Shown piece after piece: positions 10,407 to 20,444 of a stretch of DNA of 64,000 bases. Below the pieces are notes generated by a model. That model searched no databases, was not told the DNA's origin, and saw nothing but the letters and a program-made list of their open reading frames with translations. The translations under genes and the position numbers were made by a program. Position 1 is the first letter of the stretch. Every line of letters begins with the position of its first letter. Origin of the DNA: an uncultured Alistipes sp. (GTDB taxonomy: Bacteria; Bacteroidota; Bacteroidia; Bacteroidales; Rikenellaceae); the NCBI GenBank assembly GCA_964532025.1, contig CAZHEY010000006.1, forward strand, positions 6,856 to 70,855. Direction: 5' to 3'.

Positions 10407-11138
10407 ATGAAAACTCTTCTCCATAAAATTCTCTACCGCACACTCTCGTTAGAGGGCTATCTACGGGCAGTGAGCCAGCTGTTTTTCCTCTGGCAACGTC
10501 TCGGCATCGGCCGTACCGCCCCGGCGACGGAGTATGTCTACCACCTATCGCACTTGGTGCGCAAAGGCGACGTATGTATCGACATCGGCGCGAACCTCGG
10601 CTACTACGCCCGCACGCTGGCCCGATTGGTCGGCACGGAGGGCAAGGTCTACGCCGTTGAGCCGGTAGCACCGATTCGCAAGGTACTGAGTGACAACTTG
10701 AGCCGCTGCATCAATACCGTGATCCTACCCTACGCCCTCGGCACGGAGGACAAGTCGATCCGCATGGCCAACAACTCGGCAAGCGAGAGCGGCTATTTCG
10801 GCACGGGGCAGAATTTTGTGAACGAGAGCAACACACAGGCCGCCTGCGAATTCACCGCGGAGATGCGGCGCGGCAGCCAGCTCTTCGGCAAACTCACCCG
10901 GCTCGACTTCATCAAGTGCGACATCGAAGGGTACGAGGTGGTGGTGATGAACGAACTGCGGCCGCTGCTCGAACGCTTTCACCCCACGGTGCTGATCGAA
11001 ACAGGCGGCGAAAACCGACCGCAGATCACGGCACTCTTCACCGCATTGGGCTACACCGGATCGACACTGGCCGACGGCCGGGAGATTCCGCTGACGGCCG
11101 ACAGCACAAAAGACATTATTTTCAGACATGCGCATTGA
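10407..11138 (+). CDS. FkbM-family SAM-dependent methyltransferase
   Basis: [13 protein letters not shown] and [10 protein letters not shown] motifs. Confidence 0.85.
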   Translation: MKTLLHKILYRTLSLEGYLRAVSQLFFLWQRLGIGRTAPATEYVYHLSHLVRKGDVCIDIGANLGYYARTLARLVGTEGKVYAVEPVAPIRKVLSDNLSRCINTVILPYALGTEDKSIRMANNSASESGYFGTGQNFVNESNTQAACEFTAEMRRGSQLFGKLTRLDFIKCDIEGYEVVVMNELRPLLERFHPTVLIETGGENRPQITALFTALGYTGSTLADGREIPLTADSTKDIIFRHAH

Positions 11139-11808
11139 TATTATCACGGTCGTTCCGGAGCTGGTCAGCTCGCCGCTGAACGAATCGATACTCAAACGAG
11201 CACAGGACAAGGGGTTGGTCGAGATCGTCATCCACAACCTCCACGACTATGCCCACGACAAACGCAAGACCACCGACGACTATCCGTTCGGCGGCGAAGC
11301 CGGAATGGTCATGAAGTGCGAACCGGTCTTCGAGCTGATCGAAAAATTGCAATCCGAGCGCACCTACGACGAGGTGATCTACACCTCGCCCGACGGCATA
11401 CAATACAACCAGCACGAGGCCAATCGGCTCTCGACGCTCCGCAACATCATCATCCTCTGCGGTCACTACAAGGGTATCGACCACCGCATCCGCGAGCACC
11501 TGATCACGCGCGAGATCTCGATCGGCGACTACGTGCTCACCGGGGGCGAGTTGGCGGCCTGCATCATCGCCGACTCGGTCGTGCGCGTCATTCCGGGGGC
11601 GATCGGCGACGAAGCATCGGCTCTGACCGACTCTTTTCAAGACAACCTGTTAGCACCGCCCGTCTACACCCGTCCGGCCGAGTACCGCGGCTGGCGCGTG
11701 CCCGATGTCCTGCTCTCGGGAAACTTCGCCGAGATCGAGAAGTGGCAGGACGAGCAAGCCTACGAGCGAACATTGCAACTACGACCGGATTTACTGGAAG
11801 AGAAATAA
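11128..11808 (+). CDS. trmD: tRNA (guanine37-N1)-methyltransferase
   Basis: [31 protein letters not shown] and YTRPAEY motifs. Confidence 0.97.
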   Translation: MRIDIITVVPELVSSPLNESILKRAQDKGLVEIVIHNLHDYAHDKRKTTDDYPFGGEAGMVMKCEPVFELIEKLQSERTYDEVIYTSPDGIQYNQHEANRLSTLRNIIILCGHYKGIDHRIREHLITREISIGDYVLTGGELAACIIADSVVRVIPGAIGDEASALTDSFQDNLLAPPVYTRPAEYRGWRVPDVLLSGNFAEIEKWQDEQAYERTLQLRPDLLEEK

Positions 11809-11856
11809 GAATTTGCTGCGGCCACGGTCGCAGAGGCCTTCTAAAATCGAAAAGGC

Positions 11857-12993
11857 ATGAAATACTACTTAATTGCCGGTGAGCCTTCGGGCGATTTGCA
11901 CGGTGCAAACCTGATCGAGGGGTTGAAAAAAGCCGATCCCGAAGCCGCATTCCGGTTTTGGGGCGGAGATCGTATGGCGGCAGCCGGCGGGGAGGCCAAT
12001 TTGCGGAAACACTACCGCGAAACCTCGTTTTTCGGGATCGTGCAGGTGCTCAAAAAACTGCGGACGATCCGGCGGCAGATGCGCGAATGCCAAGCCGATG
12101 TGGCAGCCTATGCCCCCGATGTACTGATTCTGGTTGACTACCCCGGATTCAACATGAAAATGGCTCGGTGGGCCAAGGAGCACGGCATCCGGGTCTTCTA
12201 CTACATCGCCCCGAAGGTGTGGGCGTGGCGCGAATGGCGCATTCGGGCGATTCAACGCTATGTCGATCGGCTCTACATCATCTTCCCATTCGAGCGCAAC
12301 TACTTCGCCAACAAGGGAATCACCCCCATATTTGAAGGCAATCCGCTGGTCGATGCCATTGAAGCACGACGCACGACACTTCCCACGCCCGACGAATTTC
12401 GCCGCCGCAACTCGCTCGACAACCGTCCGATCATCGCCTGTCTGGCCGGAAGCCGCCGGGGCGAGATTCGCGACAACCTGCCGCTCATGACCGCGTTGTC
12501 GAAGAAGTTCCCGGAATATCAGTTTGTCGTGGCCGGCGTATCGTGGCTCGATCGTTCGCTCTATGAGCAATATATGGGTGGAAGCGAGATCCGCTACGTC
12601 TGTGACCAGACCTACGAAACGCTTCACGCCGCCGAAGCAGCCGTGGTGACCTCCGGCACGGCGACGCTCGAAACCGCCCTGTTGGGTATCCCCGAGGTGG
12701 TCGTCTACCGCACGCTGTGGTTTCAGGTCAAGTTGCAGCCCTATGTGCTCAACGTGCCGTGGGTGTCGCTCGTGAACCTCAACCTCGGACGCGAAGCGGT
12801 CACGGAGATCATTCAGTCCGATGCCGACATCACACGTGCCGAACGCGAACTGCGAGCGATCGTTGTCGGCGGCGCAAAACGCGCGCAGATGCTCGCCGAT
12901 TTCGACGAGCTGCGTGCGGAGATCGGCACAGCAGGAGCCAGCGACCGATTTGCCCGACGCATGGTCGAGGAGCTGACCGCAGATCGAAAGTAA
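11857..12993 (+). CDS. lpxB: Lipid-A-disaccharide synthase
   Basis: IAGEPSGDLHG, VDYPGFN, PKVWAWR, GSRRGE and SGTATLE motifs. Confidence 0.96.
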   Translation: MKYYLIAGEPSGDLHGANLIEGLKKADPEAAFRFWGGDRMAAAGGEANLRKHYRETSFFGIVQVLKKLRTIRRQMRECQADVAAYAPDVLILVDYPGFNMKMARWAKEHGIRVFYYIAPKVWAWREWRIRAIQRYVDRLYIIFPFERNYFANKGITPIFEGNPLVDAIEARRTTLPTPDEFRRRNSLDNRPIIACLAGSRRGEIRDNLPLMTALSKKFPEYQFVVAGVSWLDRSLYEQYMGGSEIRYVCDQTYETLHAAEAAVVTSGTATLETALLGIPEVVVYRTLWFQVKLQPYVLNVPWVSLVNLNLGREAVTEIIQSDADITRAERELRAIVVGGAKRAQMLADFDELRAEIGTAGASDRFARRMVEELTADRK

Positions 12994-13086
12994 CGATCGG
13001 CGACGCGGAAGGGATATACCGAAGTATCTCCCTTTCGAGGAGAACGAGGCAGGGCAAAAGCTGCCCTATAAAATCGAAAAAAAGAG

Positions 13087-13710
13087 ATGAAAATTATTTG
13101 TATAGGACGTAACTACGCCCAACACATCGAAGAGCTGCACGACGGAGGAACGATTCCTGCCGAGCCGATCTGGTTTCTGAAGCCCGACACGGCACTGCTG
13201 CGCAACAACGACCCATTTTATATCCCCGCATTTTCGCAGGAGGTGGATTACGAATGTGAGTTGGTGGTGCGGATCAACCGCGTCGGAAAGGCGATTTCGG
13301 AGCGATTTGCACATCGCTACTACGACGAGGTGGGGTTGGGAATCGACTTCACAGCGCGCGACATCCAACGCGATGCCATAGCGCGCGGATTGCCGTGGGA
13401 GTCGGCCAAAGCATTTGACTATTCGGCAGCCGTGTCGCCGGTCTTTGTGCCGCTCGGCGAGTTGGGTGGCGCGGTGCAGCAATTGCATTTCTCGCTCGAC
13501 ATCAACGCAGAGCGTCGCCAGAGCGGAGAGACGGCGGCGATGCTTTTTTCGGTTGATCGGCTGATCGCGCACGTCTCGCAGTACATGACCCTGCGCATCG
13601 GCGACCTGCTCTACACGGGGACTCCGGCCGGGGTGGGTGCTGTAAAGAGCGGCGACAACCTACGCGCCACACTCGAAGGGCGCGAGTTATTAAACTTCGA
13701 CATACGCTAA
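13087..13710 (+). CDS. Fumarylacetoacetate hydrolase family protein
   Basis: ICIGRNY, DYECEL, DFTARD and GDLLYTGTPAGVG motifs. Confidence 0.9.
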   Translation: MKIICIGRNYAQHIEELHDGGTIPAEPIWFLKPDTALLRNNDPFYIPAFSQEVDYECELVVRINRVGKAISERFAHRYYDEVGLGIDFTARDIQRDAIARGLPWESAKAFDYSAAVSPVFVPLGELGGAVQQLHFSLDINAERRQSGETAAMLFSVDRLIAHVSQYMTLRIGDLLYTGTPAGVGAVKSGDNLRATLEGRELLNFDIR

Positions 13711-13722
13711 ACCCAAGAAGCC

Positions 13723-14340
13723 ATGTTGCTGAATGACAAACTAAAAAACTACCGGTTGCTGTTAGGCTCTCGGTCACCGCGACGCCGGGAGTTGATGAGC
13801 GGTGTCGGGCTGCCCTACGAAGTGACTCCGGCATACGACTGCGAGGAGGTGTATCCGAGCGACCTGCCGCTTACGGAGGTTTCCGAATACCTCTCGGTGC
13901 TCAAAAGCAAGGCTTACCCCACACCTCTCGGCGCAAACGAGATTTTGCTCACAGCCGACACGGTGGTGATCGTCGGGGGCAATGCCGAATGGTGCGGAGG
14001 AGAGATTCTCGGGAAGCCCAAAGACCACGACGCGGCATGCGCCATGCTAAAGAAGTTATCCGGACGCACGCATCTGGTCACCACCGGCGTGACGCTGCGT
14101 GCCGCCACACACCAGCGGAGCTTCACCACCACCACCCAAGTTAGCTTCCGGCAGCTTACCGACGAGGAGATCACCCATTACGTCGACACCTTCCGCCCCT
14201 ACGACAAGGCCGGAGCATACGGTATTCAGGAGTGGATCGGCTACGCCGCGATCGAACGCATCGAGGGGTCGTTCTACAATGTCATGGGGCTGCCCATTCA
14301 GAAAGTATATGTTGAACTCGAAAAATTCATCACACAATGA
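13723..14340 (+). CDS. maf: Maf-family nucleoside triphosphate pyrophosphatase
   Basis: SRSPRRREL, ADTVV, GKP, DKAGAYGIQ and NVMGLP motifs. Confidence 0.92.
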   Translation: MLLNDKLKNYRLLLGSRSPRRRELMSGVGLPYEVTPAYDCEEVYPSDLPLTEVSEYLSVLKSKAYPTPLGANEILLTADTVVIVGGNAEWCGGEILGKPKDHDAACAMLKKLSGRTHLVTTGVTLRAATHQRSFTTTTQVSFRQLTDEEITHYVDTFRPYDKAGAYGIQEWIGYAAIERIEGSFYNVMGLPIQKVYVELEKFITQ

Positions 14341-16316
14341 AAAAAATCCTACTGACCCTACTGACCTTTTTAGTTGCGCTGCCCGCCCTTGCCGATGAGG
14401 GCATGTGGCTGCCGAGCCTGATCTCCGAGCGCATCGGCGACCTGCGAGCCAAGGGATTCCGGCTCTCGGCCGAAGACATCTACTCGATCAACCAAGCCTC
14501 GATGAAGGACGCCGTGGTGCTCTTCGGCGGCGGCTGCACGGGTGAGCTGATCTCGAACGAAGGGCTGCTGCTGACCAACCACCACTGCGGCTACGATGCC
14601 ATACAGAGCCACTCGACCGTCGAGCACGACTACCTGACCGACGGATTCTGGGCCATGTCGCGCGCCGAGGAGCTGCCCAACAAGGATCTCGACGTTCGTT
14701 TTCTGGTGCGCATGGAGGAGGTCACCGACCGCATCCACGCAGGCGAAACCACCCAAGAGGTGATTCGCAAAGCCGAGGCCGAGGGGAGAGGATACAAGGC
14801 CGTTGTAGAGCAGATGTACTACGGCAATCAGCTGTTTCTATTTATCTATGAGCAATTTGACGATGTGCGTCTGGTTGCAGCACCACCCTCATCCATCGGC
14901 AAATTCGGCGGCGACACCGACAACTGGATCTGGCCGCGCCACACGGGCGACTTCTCGATGTTCCGCATCTATGCCGGCAAGGACAACAAGCCGGCCGCCT
15001 ACTCACCGGATAATGTGCCCTACCGCCCCAAACGCCATTTCGCAATCTCGACAAAGGGCGTTGCCGAGGGCGACTTCACGATGATCTACGGATTTCCGGG
15101 CAACACACAGGAGTACATCCTCTCCGACGCAGTGGCCTACATCGCCGAGCAATCCGATCCGGCAAAAATTGACATCCGCGCAGGCCGCCTCAACATCATC
15201 TCGGCCGCCCAAGCATCCGACCCTGCGCTGCGCATCCACTACGCCGCAAAGCACGCTTCGATAGCCAATGCGTGGAAGAAATGGCAGGGCGAGGTGCTGG
15301 GGATCAACCGCCGCAACATCGTGAGCACCAAGCGTGACTACGAGCAGCAATTCGCACGCTGGGCAGAGCAGAAGCCCGAATACCGCGAGGTTGTAGCACA
15401 GCTCAAGGCCGAATATGCACGCATCATCGCCCCCTACTTCGCCCGCGAAATCACACGCGAGACCCTCGAAGCATTGCCGGCCGCCTACACCCCGGAGGAG
15501 CGAGCCGAGGCGTGCTTTGCCGCACGCGAGACAACCGAGCGCGCCTTGTTCCGCTATCTGATCGGCGAGTATGCGGCACGCTGTCCGCAGCCCTACCAGA
15601 CGCCCGAATTTCTCGACGGCGTGGCGAAATACGGTTCAACAGAGGCTTATGCCGAACGGCTCTTCGACGGGATCTGGCACAACGCCGACACCACGGCACA
15701 CCATGCGTTGCGAAAGAGTAGCAAGCGCATGATGAGCCACATCACGTGGATGTTGGGAACTCAGTCGCTGCGCAACCTCAACAGCCGACGGCTCAATGAA
15801 CTCTACACCCTATATATAAAAGGACTGCGCGAATGGGATCGCGAACGAGCCTTCTACCCCGATGCCAACCTCACACTCCGCGTAGCCTACGGCACGGTGG
15901 CTGGGTATGAATATGCCGACGGCGAGTACCACAAGCCACTGACAACACTCGACGGAATCATCGCCAAGGACAATCCGGCAATCTACGACTACGACATTCC
16001 GCAGACGTTGCGCGATCTGTATGCCTCCAAAGCGTATGGTCGTTGGGGCACAAAGCTCAACGGAAAGTATACCGTGCCGGTCTGCTTTCTGGCGACAAAC
16101 CACACCACGGGAGGTAACTCCGGGTCGCCGATACTCAATGCCCGCGGCGAACTGGTCGGCATCAACTTCGACCGCACGTGGCGTTCGACGATGAGCGACA
16201 TCGCATTCGATCCTTCGATCTGCCGCAACATCGCTGTGGACATCCGCTACGTGCTGTTTGTGATCGACCGAATCGGCGGCGCAGGCTATCTATTGCGCGA
16301 AATGAATCTGCAATAG
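14337..16316 (+). CDS. S46 family dipeptidyl peptidase (DPP11-like)
   Basis: Signal peptide then DEGMW; TNHHC, DNWIWPRHTGDF, TTGGNSGSP and FDR motifs. Confidence 0.92.
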   Translation: MKKILLTLLTFLVALPALADEGMWLPSLISERIGDLRAKGFRLSAEDIYSINQASMKDAVVLFGGGCTGELISNEGLLLTNHHCGYDAIQSHSTVEHDYLTDGFWAMSRAEELPNKDLDVRFLVRMEEVTDRIHAGETTQEVIRKAEAEGRGYKAVVEQMYYGNQLFLFIYEQFDDVRLVAAPPSSIGKFGGDTDNWIWPRHTGDFSMFRIYAGKDNKPAAYSPDNVPYRPKRHFAISTKGVAEGDFTMIYGFPGNTQEYILSDAVAYIAEQSDPAKIDIRAGRLNIISAAQASDPALRIHYAAKHASIANAWKKWQGEVLGINRRNIVSTKRDYEQQFARWAEQKPEYREVVAQLKAEYARIIAPYFAREITRETLEALPAAYTPEERAEACFAARETTERALFRYLIGEYAARCPQPYQTPEFLDGVAKYGSTEAYAERLFDGIWHNADTTAHHALRKSSKRMMSHITWMLGTQSLRNLNSRRLNELYTLYIKGLREWDRERAFYPDANLTLRVAYGTVAGYEYADGEYHKPLTTLDGIIAKDNPAIYDYDIPQTLRDLYASKAYGRWGTKLNGKYTVPVCFLATNHTTGGNSGSPILNARGELVGINFDRTWRSTMSDIAFDPSICRNIAVDIRYVLFVIDRIGGAGYLLREMNLQ

Positions 16317-16336
16317 GCGATTTTTACGCTTAAAAT

Positions 16337-16367
16337 TTTGCAGTTCTCAAAATAGTGCCTATATTTG
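16337..16367 (+). promoter_or_regulatory. Bacteroidota primary-sigma promoter for tRNA-Leu
   Basis: TTTG (16337-16340), a 19-bp spacer, then TATATTTG (16360-16367), matching TTTG-N19-21-TAnnTTTG. Confidence 0.75.
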
Positions 16368-16396
16368 CACTCCCGAAGTCCAAGTTCGGGAGTCAA

Positions 16397-16482
16397 GCCC
16401 AGGTGGTGAAATTGGTAGACACGCTACTTTGAGGGGGTAGTGAACAATTACGTTCGTGCAAGTTCGAGTCTTGTCCTGGGCA
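16397..16482 (+). tRNA. tRNA-Leu (anticodon GAG)
   Basis: Acceptor stem GCCCAGG/CCTGGGC, anticodon loop TTGAGGG, long variable arm, T-loop TTCGAGT. Confidence 0.95.
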
Positions 16483-16484
16483 CT

Positions 16485-16524
16485 AAAAACCGCGTTAGAG
16501 ATCATCTAACGCGGTTTTTGTTTT
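16485..16524 (+). terminator. Intrinsic terminator after tRNA-Leu
   Basis: AAAAACCGCGTTAGA-gatca-TCTAACGCGGTTTTT followed by GTTTT. Confidence 0.85.
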
Positions 16525-16589
16525 ATCTCTCGTTCCTACCTCATCAGTCTGTCTTAATGGTGGAGGGGGGGGGTGTGGCAAAACCAAAC

Positions 16590-16707
16590 TGTTTTCAGGA
16601 GCAATGGGGTTTCGGCTTGCGCAGCGAGCCGGCAAACCTCCGCCCTACGGAGGAGTGCTATTTCGCGTTGCGGTATAGCCGCCCCCGCGAGCTGCTGACT
16701 GAAAACA
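16590..16707 (+). repeat. Structured ~118-bp dispersed element, copy 1 (second copy at 55633-55747)
   Basis: Terminal inverted repeat TGTTTTCAG/CTGAAAACA encloses three hairpins. 16611-16707 aligns to 55651-55747 with about 12 differences in 97 bp (counted by eye). Confidence 0.85.
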
Positions 16708-16774
16708 CGGGAGACAGGGAGAGTTTGCATTTTATGCAACACGATTTCGGAACGGGACAATATTGAAACAAGAA

Positions 16775-16817
16775 GTCCGACTGACTTTTGTGCAATAGCT
16801 TAAAAGTGAGTCGGACC
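16775..16817 (-). terminator. Hairpin/terminator downstream of the PepSY-like lipoprotein gene
   Basis: Inverted repeat GTCCGACTgACTTTT...AAAAGTgAGTCGGAC. Confidence 0.6.
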
Positions 16818-16843
16818 TCGATATTATCGGGAAATCAGCCTTA

Positions 16844-18106
16844 TTATAGAATAGTTCCGTCGGCTTGGATTTGCAGCGTAAGTTCCTTGTCGTCGTTCTC
16901 TAATTCGATTTCGTAGTAGTCGCCTGCCGAGCTTTGGAAAAACTCCAAGTCGTCGATCTCGTAAGCGGCATAGGATGTTGCTAATATGTCGACAATCGCC
17001 TGCGGCAACTCGTTGCTACGAATCTCCCATGAGGTGTCGATCCATTTGCCGGCGGCGAAAAAGCGCACGGTTTTCTCTCTATCTGCATGGAAGATCTCGA
17101 CCTCCAGATACCCTTTCTCGTACTCTGATTCGGTTATTTTAGCTCCCGGATAGGTTTTCGCGATGAAGTCCGTTACTGTTTTGCTGAGTGCTCCTGCGTA
17201 ATGGTCATCAGACGAATCTCCTTTTTCTACTACGCTCAGTTGGCCATTCAGCGTGATGTCTATCTTTCGGTTTCCCTTATTCGATTTAAGCGAGTAGCGG
17301 AAGTAATCTCCATCGGGAGTTTGGTAGTATTTGATATGGCGAATAGTGTAGTCCCCATATTCAGAGTCTGCGAAAGCCCGCGCAACAGTCGCCGGCACCT
17401 CGGATTCGCTGACTTTAGTTTTGGTGCAAATCCATGTGTTGTTTGCATCGAAAAGCAGTTCCCGTTTTGTTGTTTCGTCAAGAATCTCGACCTCCGTGTG
17501 GTTGTCCTCTTTCTCGATTTCCAATATACGGGCTTTGGGATAATGTGCTTGCAGATAGTCCAAAATCGGTTGCGCCACTTGCCCCGGAATATAATCTTCG
17601 TAATCATCGTCGCCATCGTCGTCATCGCCCTTGCCGTCATCGAGATCAAGCAACTCTTTGACAAGCACGCCATCAGGCGAATAGTAGAGGTGAATCTCTT
17701 GTTCGGCTTGTTCGGCTTCGATGACATAGATGATCTCTGTGCCGTTGCGTTCGAGGCGGTCGACATCATCTACGGTCCATTGTGAATACTGGCTTGCTGC
17801 AAACGCAACTTTGACAGGGTTCGGAAGCTCCGCGAAAGGGACATCACTCTCAGTCATATACCATTTGCCGCTATTGTCGAACCATGCGTTCATCCTCACA
17901 TTTGTCGAAGTGCGGCTGAATGGCACGTTAAATCCCGCCACAACGTAGTTGTTGACAGTCGTCCATGTGATGTCCGTGGCTTGGGGATATTTGCCAACCA
18001 AAGCCTCTTTGGCCGATTCGCTAATTTGCATTTTAGCGTTCTCTCCCTCTTCTTTCGAACATGCGGCGGCCAGTAGTACGGCAGCTACTAAAAAAATCTT
18101 TTTCAT
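16844..18106 (-). CDS. PepSY-like (BLIP-like/DUF2874-type) repeat lipoprotein
   Basis: Lipobox LAAAC. Repeated units alternate YPxAxI(x)E and FDxxGxW...LPxxV. Acidic DDGKGDDDDGDDD linker. More AT-rich than the flanking genes. Confidence 0.8.
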   Translation of the reverse strand: MKKIFLVAAVLLAAACSKEEGENAKMQISESAKEALVGKYPQATDITWTTVNNYVVAGFNVPFSRTSTNVRMNAWFDNSGKWYMTESDVPFAELPNPVKVAFAASQYSQWTVDDVDRLERNGTEIIYVIEAEQAEQEIHLYYSPDGVLVKELLDLDDGKGDDDDGDDDYEDYIPGQVAQPILDYLQAHYPKARILEIEKEDNHTEVEILDETTKRELLFDANNTWICTKTKVSESEVPATVARAFADSEYGDYTIRHIKYYQTPDGDYFRYSLKSNKGNRKIDITLNGQLSVVEKGDSSDDHYAGALSKTVTDFIAKTYPGAKITESEYEKGYLEVEIFHADREKTVRFFAAGKWIDTSWEIRSNELPQAIVDILATSYAAYEIDDLEFFQSSAGDYYEIELENDDKELTLQIQADGTIL

Positions 18107-18266
18107 ATACCTGTATTTATAAGTGACTATTGCAAAGATAGTGTTAATATACCGAACTTACAAAACTTCAGATACATGGGAAATTAAACAGGATTTCTAT
18201 TCACATTCGAGATTAGGCAAGTGGGAAGCAAAGCTATTTAACGACCTTAGCGTCAACCAGAAGAGA

Positions 18267-18388
18267 GTTTGCGACCTCTCGACAAGCTCGGGGATCGTGA
18301 ACAGATAGACCTTTGCGACCTCTCGACACAATCGAGGATCGAGAACAAGCAAGCGCATAGCTTCCTCGCGACATAATCAAGGATCGGA
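18267..18388 (+). repeat. Cluster of three (one degenerate) REP-like palindromic units TTTGCGACCTCTCGACAAGCTCGAGGATCG
   Basis: Units near 18267, 18311 and 18360; same unit as the array at 55772-55960. Confidence 0.8.
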
Positions 18389-18402
18389 CGCAGTTCGGCC
18401 AG

Positions 18403-19428
18403 TTATTTCTCGCGGAAGATGTTGAAATGGGCCAAAAGCGGATTGCGTCGATCGAGCAACAGAAATTCGCACAGCAGCAGGATGAGTGCCGCAAGCAGCA
18501 GATACTGAAACTGTTCGTTGAACTCCTCAAAGCGGATTGTCGACAGTTCCGACTGCTCCATGGCATTGATCTCCTTGACGATTTCGTCGAGTCCGATCGA
18601 TTGTTTTGTCGAACGGACATACGCGCCACCCGTCACCTCGGCGATCTTCGAGAGCATCTCTTCGTTGAGTTTCGAGACCACCATTTCACCGTTTTCGTCC
18701 TTGATAAACTCGCCGTCGATCTGGATCGGAGCACCCTCGGGTGTACCGATACCTATCGTGAAAATTTTGATCCCCAGCTCTTTGGCGCGTTCGGCAACCG
18801 CCAAAGCATCGTCATCGTGGTTCTCGCCGTCGGTAATCAACACGACTACGCGGCTCTGATTCTGGTCGGCATCGCCCGAGAACGACAGCATGGCCTGTTC
18901 GAGTGCCTTGCCGATCGCCGTGCCCTGCACGGAGACCAGCGAGGGGGATATTTTCCGCACAAAAGCCCTCGCCATGCGGTAGTCCGAGGTGATAGGCAGC
19001 TGCACCTTCGGCTCGCCGGCAAAGATGACCAAGCCGACACGATCCTGCTGCAACCCGTCGAAGAGCTTACCTATGGCATATTTGGTGCGTTCGAGGCGGT
19101 TCGGCTCAAAATCTTCGGCCAGCATCGAATTCGACACGTCGACGGCCAACATCATCTCGATGCCCTGCGCCTTCTCTTCGCGCAATTTTGATCCGAATTG
19201 CGGACGCGCAGCGGCAAGGATTACGAGCGTGACAGCGGCAACGAAGAGCATGAATTTCAGCAGAATGCGTCCATTCGAGACTTCGGGTGACAATTCGGCA
19301 AGCAACACCGGATTGCCGAAACGCGCAAGACGCTTGCGGCGCGCACGAGCCGCCAGCCAGAAGAGCGCAAAGAGCGCAGGAATGGCAAGTAACAACCAGA
19401 GATATTGAGGATTAGCGAATCTAAACAT
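18403..19428 (-). CDS. batB: BatB, VWA-domain protein
   Basis: ARPQFG, DVSNSM MIDAS motif, LITDGE, GIGTPEGAPI; directly follows batA. Confidence 0.88.
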   Translation of the reverse strand: MFRFANPQYLWLLLAIPALFALFWLAARARRKRLARFGNPVLLAELSPEVSNGRILLKFMLFVAAVTLVILAAARPQFGSKLREEKAQGIEMMLAVDVSNSMLAEDFEPNRLERTKYAIGKLFDGLQQDRVGLVIFAGEPKVQLPITSDYRMARAFVRKISPSLVSVQGTAIGKALEQAMLSFSGDADQNQSRVVVLITDGENHDDDALAVAERAKELGIKIFTIGIGTPEGAPIQIDGEFIKDENGEMVVSKLNEEMLSKIAEVTGGAYVRSTKQSIGLDEIVKEINAMEQSELSTIRFEEFNEQFQYLLLAALILLLCEFLLLDRRNPLLAHFNIFREK

Positions 19429-19439
19429 GATGCTTGGTT

Positions 19440-20426
19440 TTACGGAATACGTTTCAATAAGAGGTTCGAGAGGAGGAACTCCGCAAGGAGCAGTCCGCAG
19501 GCGAGGAGTGCCCACAGCAAAAACAGCTCGTGGTAGGTGATGTGTTCCGACACCTCCACCTTACTCTTTTCCAATTTGTTGATCTGATCGTAGATCGCTT
19601 TGAGCTTGGCCTTATCGGTCGCACGGAAATACATTCCGCCGGTCTGCTCGGCGATCGTACTCAAGGTTTTCTCGTCGATCTCGACCTTCTGGTTGACAAA
19701 GGTCATGTTGCCGAACATATCCAGTGCCGGATAGGGCGCCATGCCCTCCGTACCCACGCCGATCGTATAGACGCGAATGCCCTGTGCCTTTGCGATTTCG
19801 GCCGCCGTCAGCGGTGTAATTTCGCCCCGGTTATTCACGCCGTCGGTCAGCAAGATGATGACTTTCGACTTGGCATCGCTTTCACGCAGGCGGTTGATCG
19901 CCGTGGCCAGACCGTTGCCGATCGCCGTGCCGTCCTCGATCAGACCGCTACGAATGCGCGCCAGCAGGGTTTGCAGGGTACTCTGGTCGGTCGTCAGGGG
20001 GCTTTGCGTAAAAGCCTCACCGGCAAATGCAACCAATCCGATGCGGTCACCATAGCGGTCGGCGACGAACGATCCGGCAACCTCCTTGGCCGCCGTGATG
20101 CGGTCGGGTTTGAAGTCACGGGCGAGCATCGACCCCGAGACATCAATGGCCAGCATGATGTCGATACCCTCGGTATTGGTGTGCGAATTCTGTTCGATGC
20201 CTTGCGGACGCGCGAGTGCCACGATGAGCAATGCCACGGCTGCAACACGCAGCACGAAAGGCAGGTGACGCAGGTAGTAGCGAGCGGTTTTCGGGGCGCG
20301 CAACACGCCGGCGACCGTCGAAATCTGGATGGCCGCGCCACCCTGCCAAGTTCGCCAAACGTAGTAGGCGATCATGGGCACAAGCAGCGTCAGAAGCCAC
20401 AGGTAATATGGAGATGCGAAATGCAT
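19440..20426 (-). CDS. batA: BatA, VWA-domain protein
   Basis: ALARPQ, DVSGSM MIDAS motif, GTAIGNGL, LLTDGVNN, YFRATD. Confidence 0.9.
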   Translation of the reverse strand: MHFASPYYLWLLTLLVPMIAYYVWRTWQGGAAIQISTVAGVLRAPKTARYYLRHLPFVLRVAAVALLIVALARPQGIEQNSHTNTEGIDIMLAIDVSGSMLARDFKPDRITAAKEVAGSFVADRYGDRIGLVAFAGEAFTQSPLTTDQSTLQTLLARIRSGLIEDGTAIGNGLATAINRLRESDAKSKVIILLTDGVNNRGEITPLTAAEIAKAQGIRVYTIGVGTEGMAPYPALDMFGNMTFVNQKVEIDEKTLSTIAEQTGGMYFRATDKAKLKAIYDQINKLEKSKVEVSEHITYHELFLLWALLACGLLLAEFLLSNLLLKRIP

Positions 20427-20444
20427 AATTTTCATTAAATAGTG

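Noticed and set aside
16440-16766. 108-aa ORF after the S46 gene
   Set aside because: It overlaps tRNA-Leu, its terminator and the structured repeat.
16397-18400. Classical integrase-mediated island at tRNA-Leu (or tRNA-Glu)
   Set aside because: No integrase gene and no duplicated tRNA 3' end were seen, and the native terminators directly follow both tRNAs.
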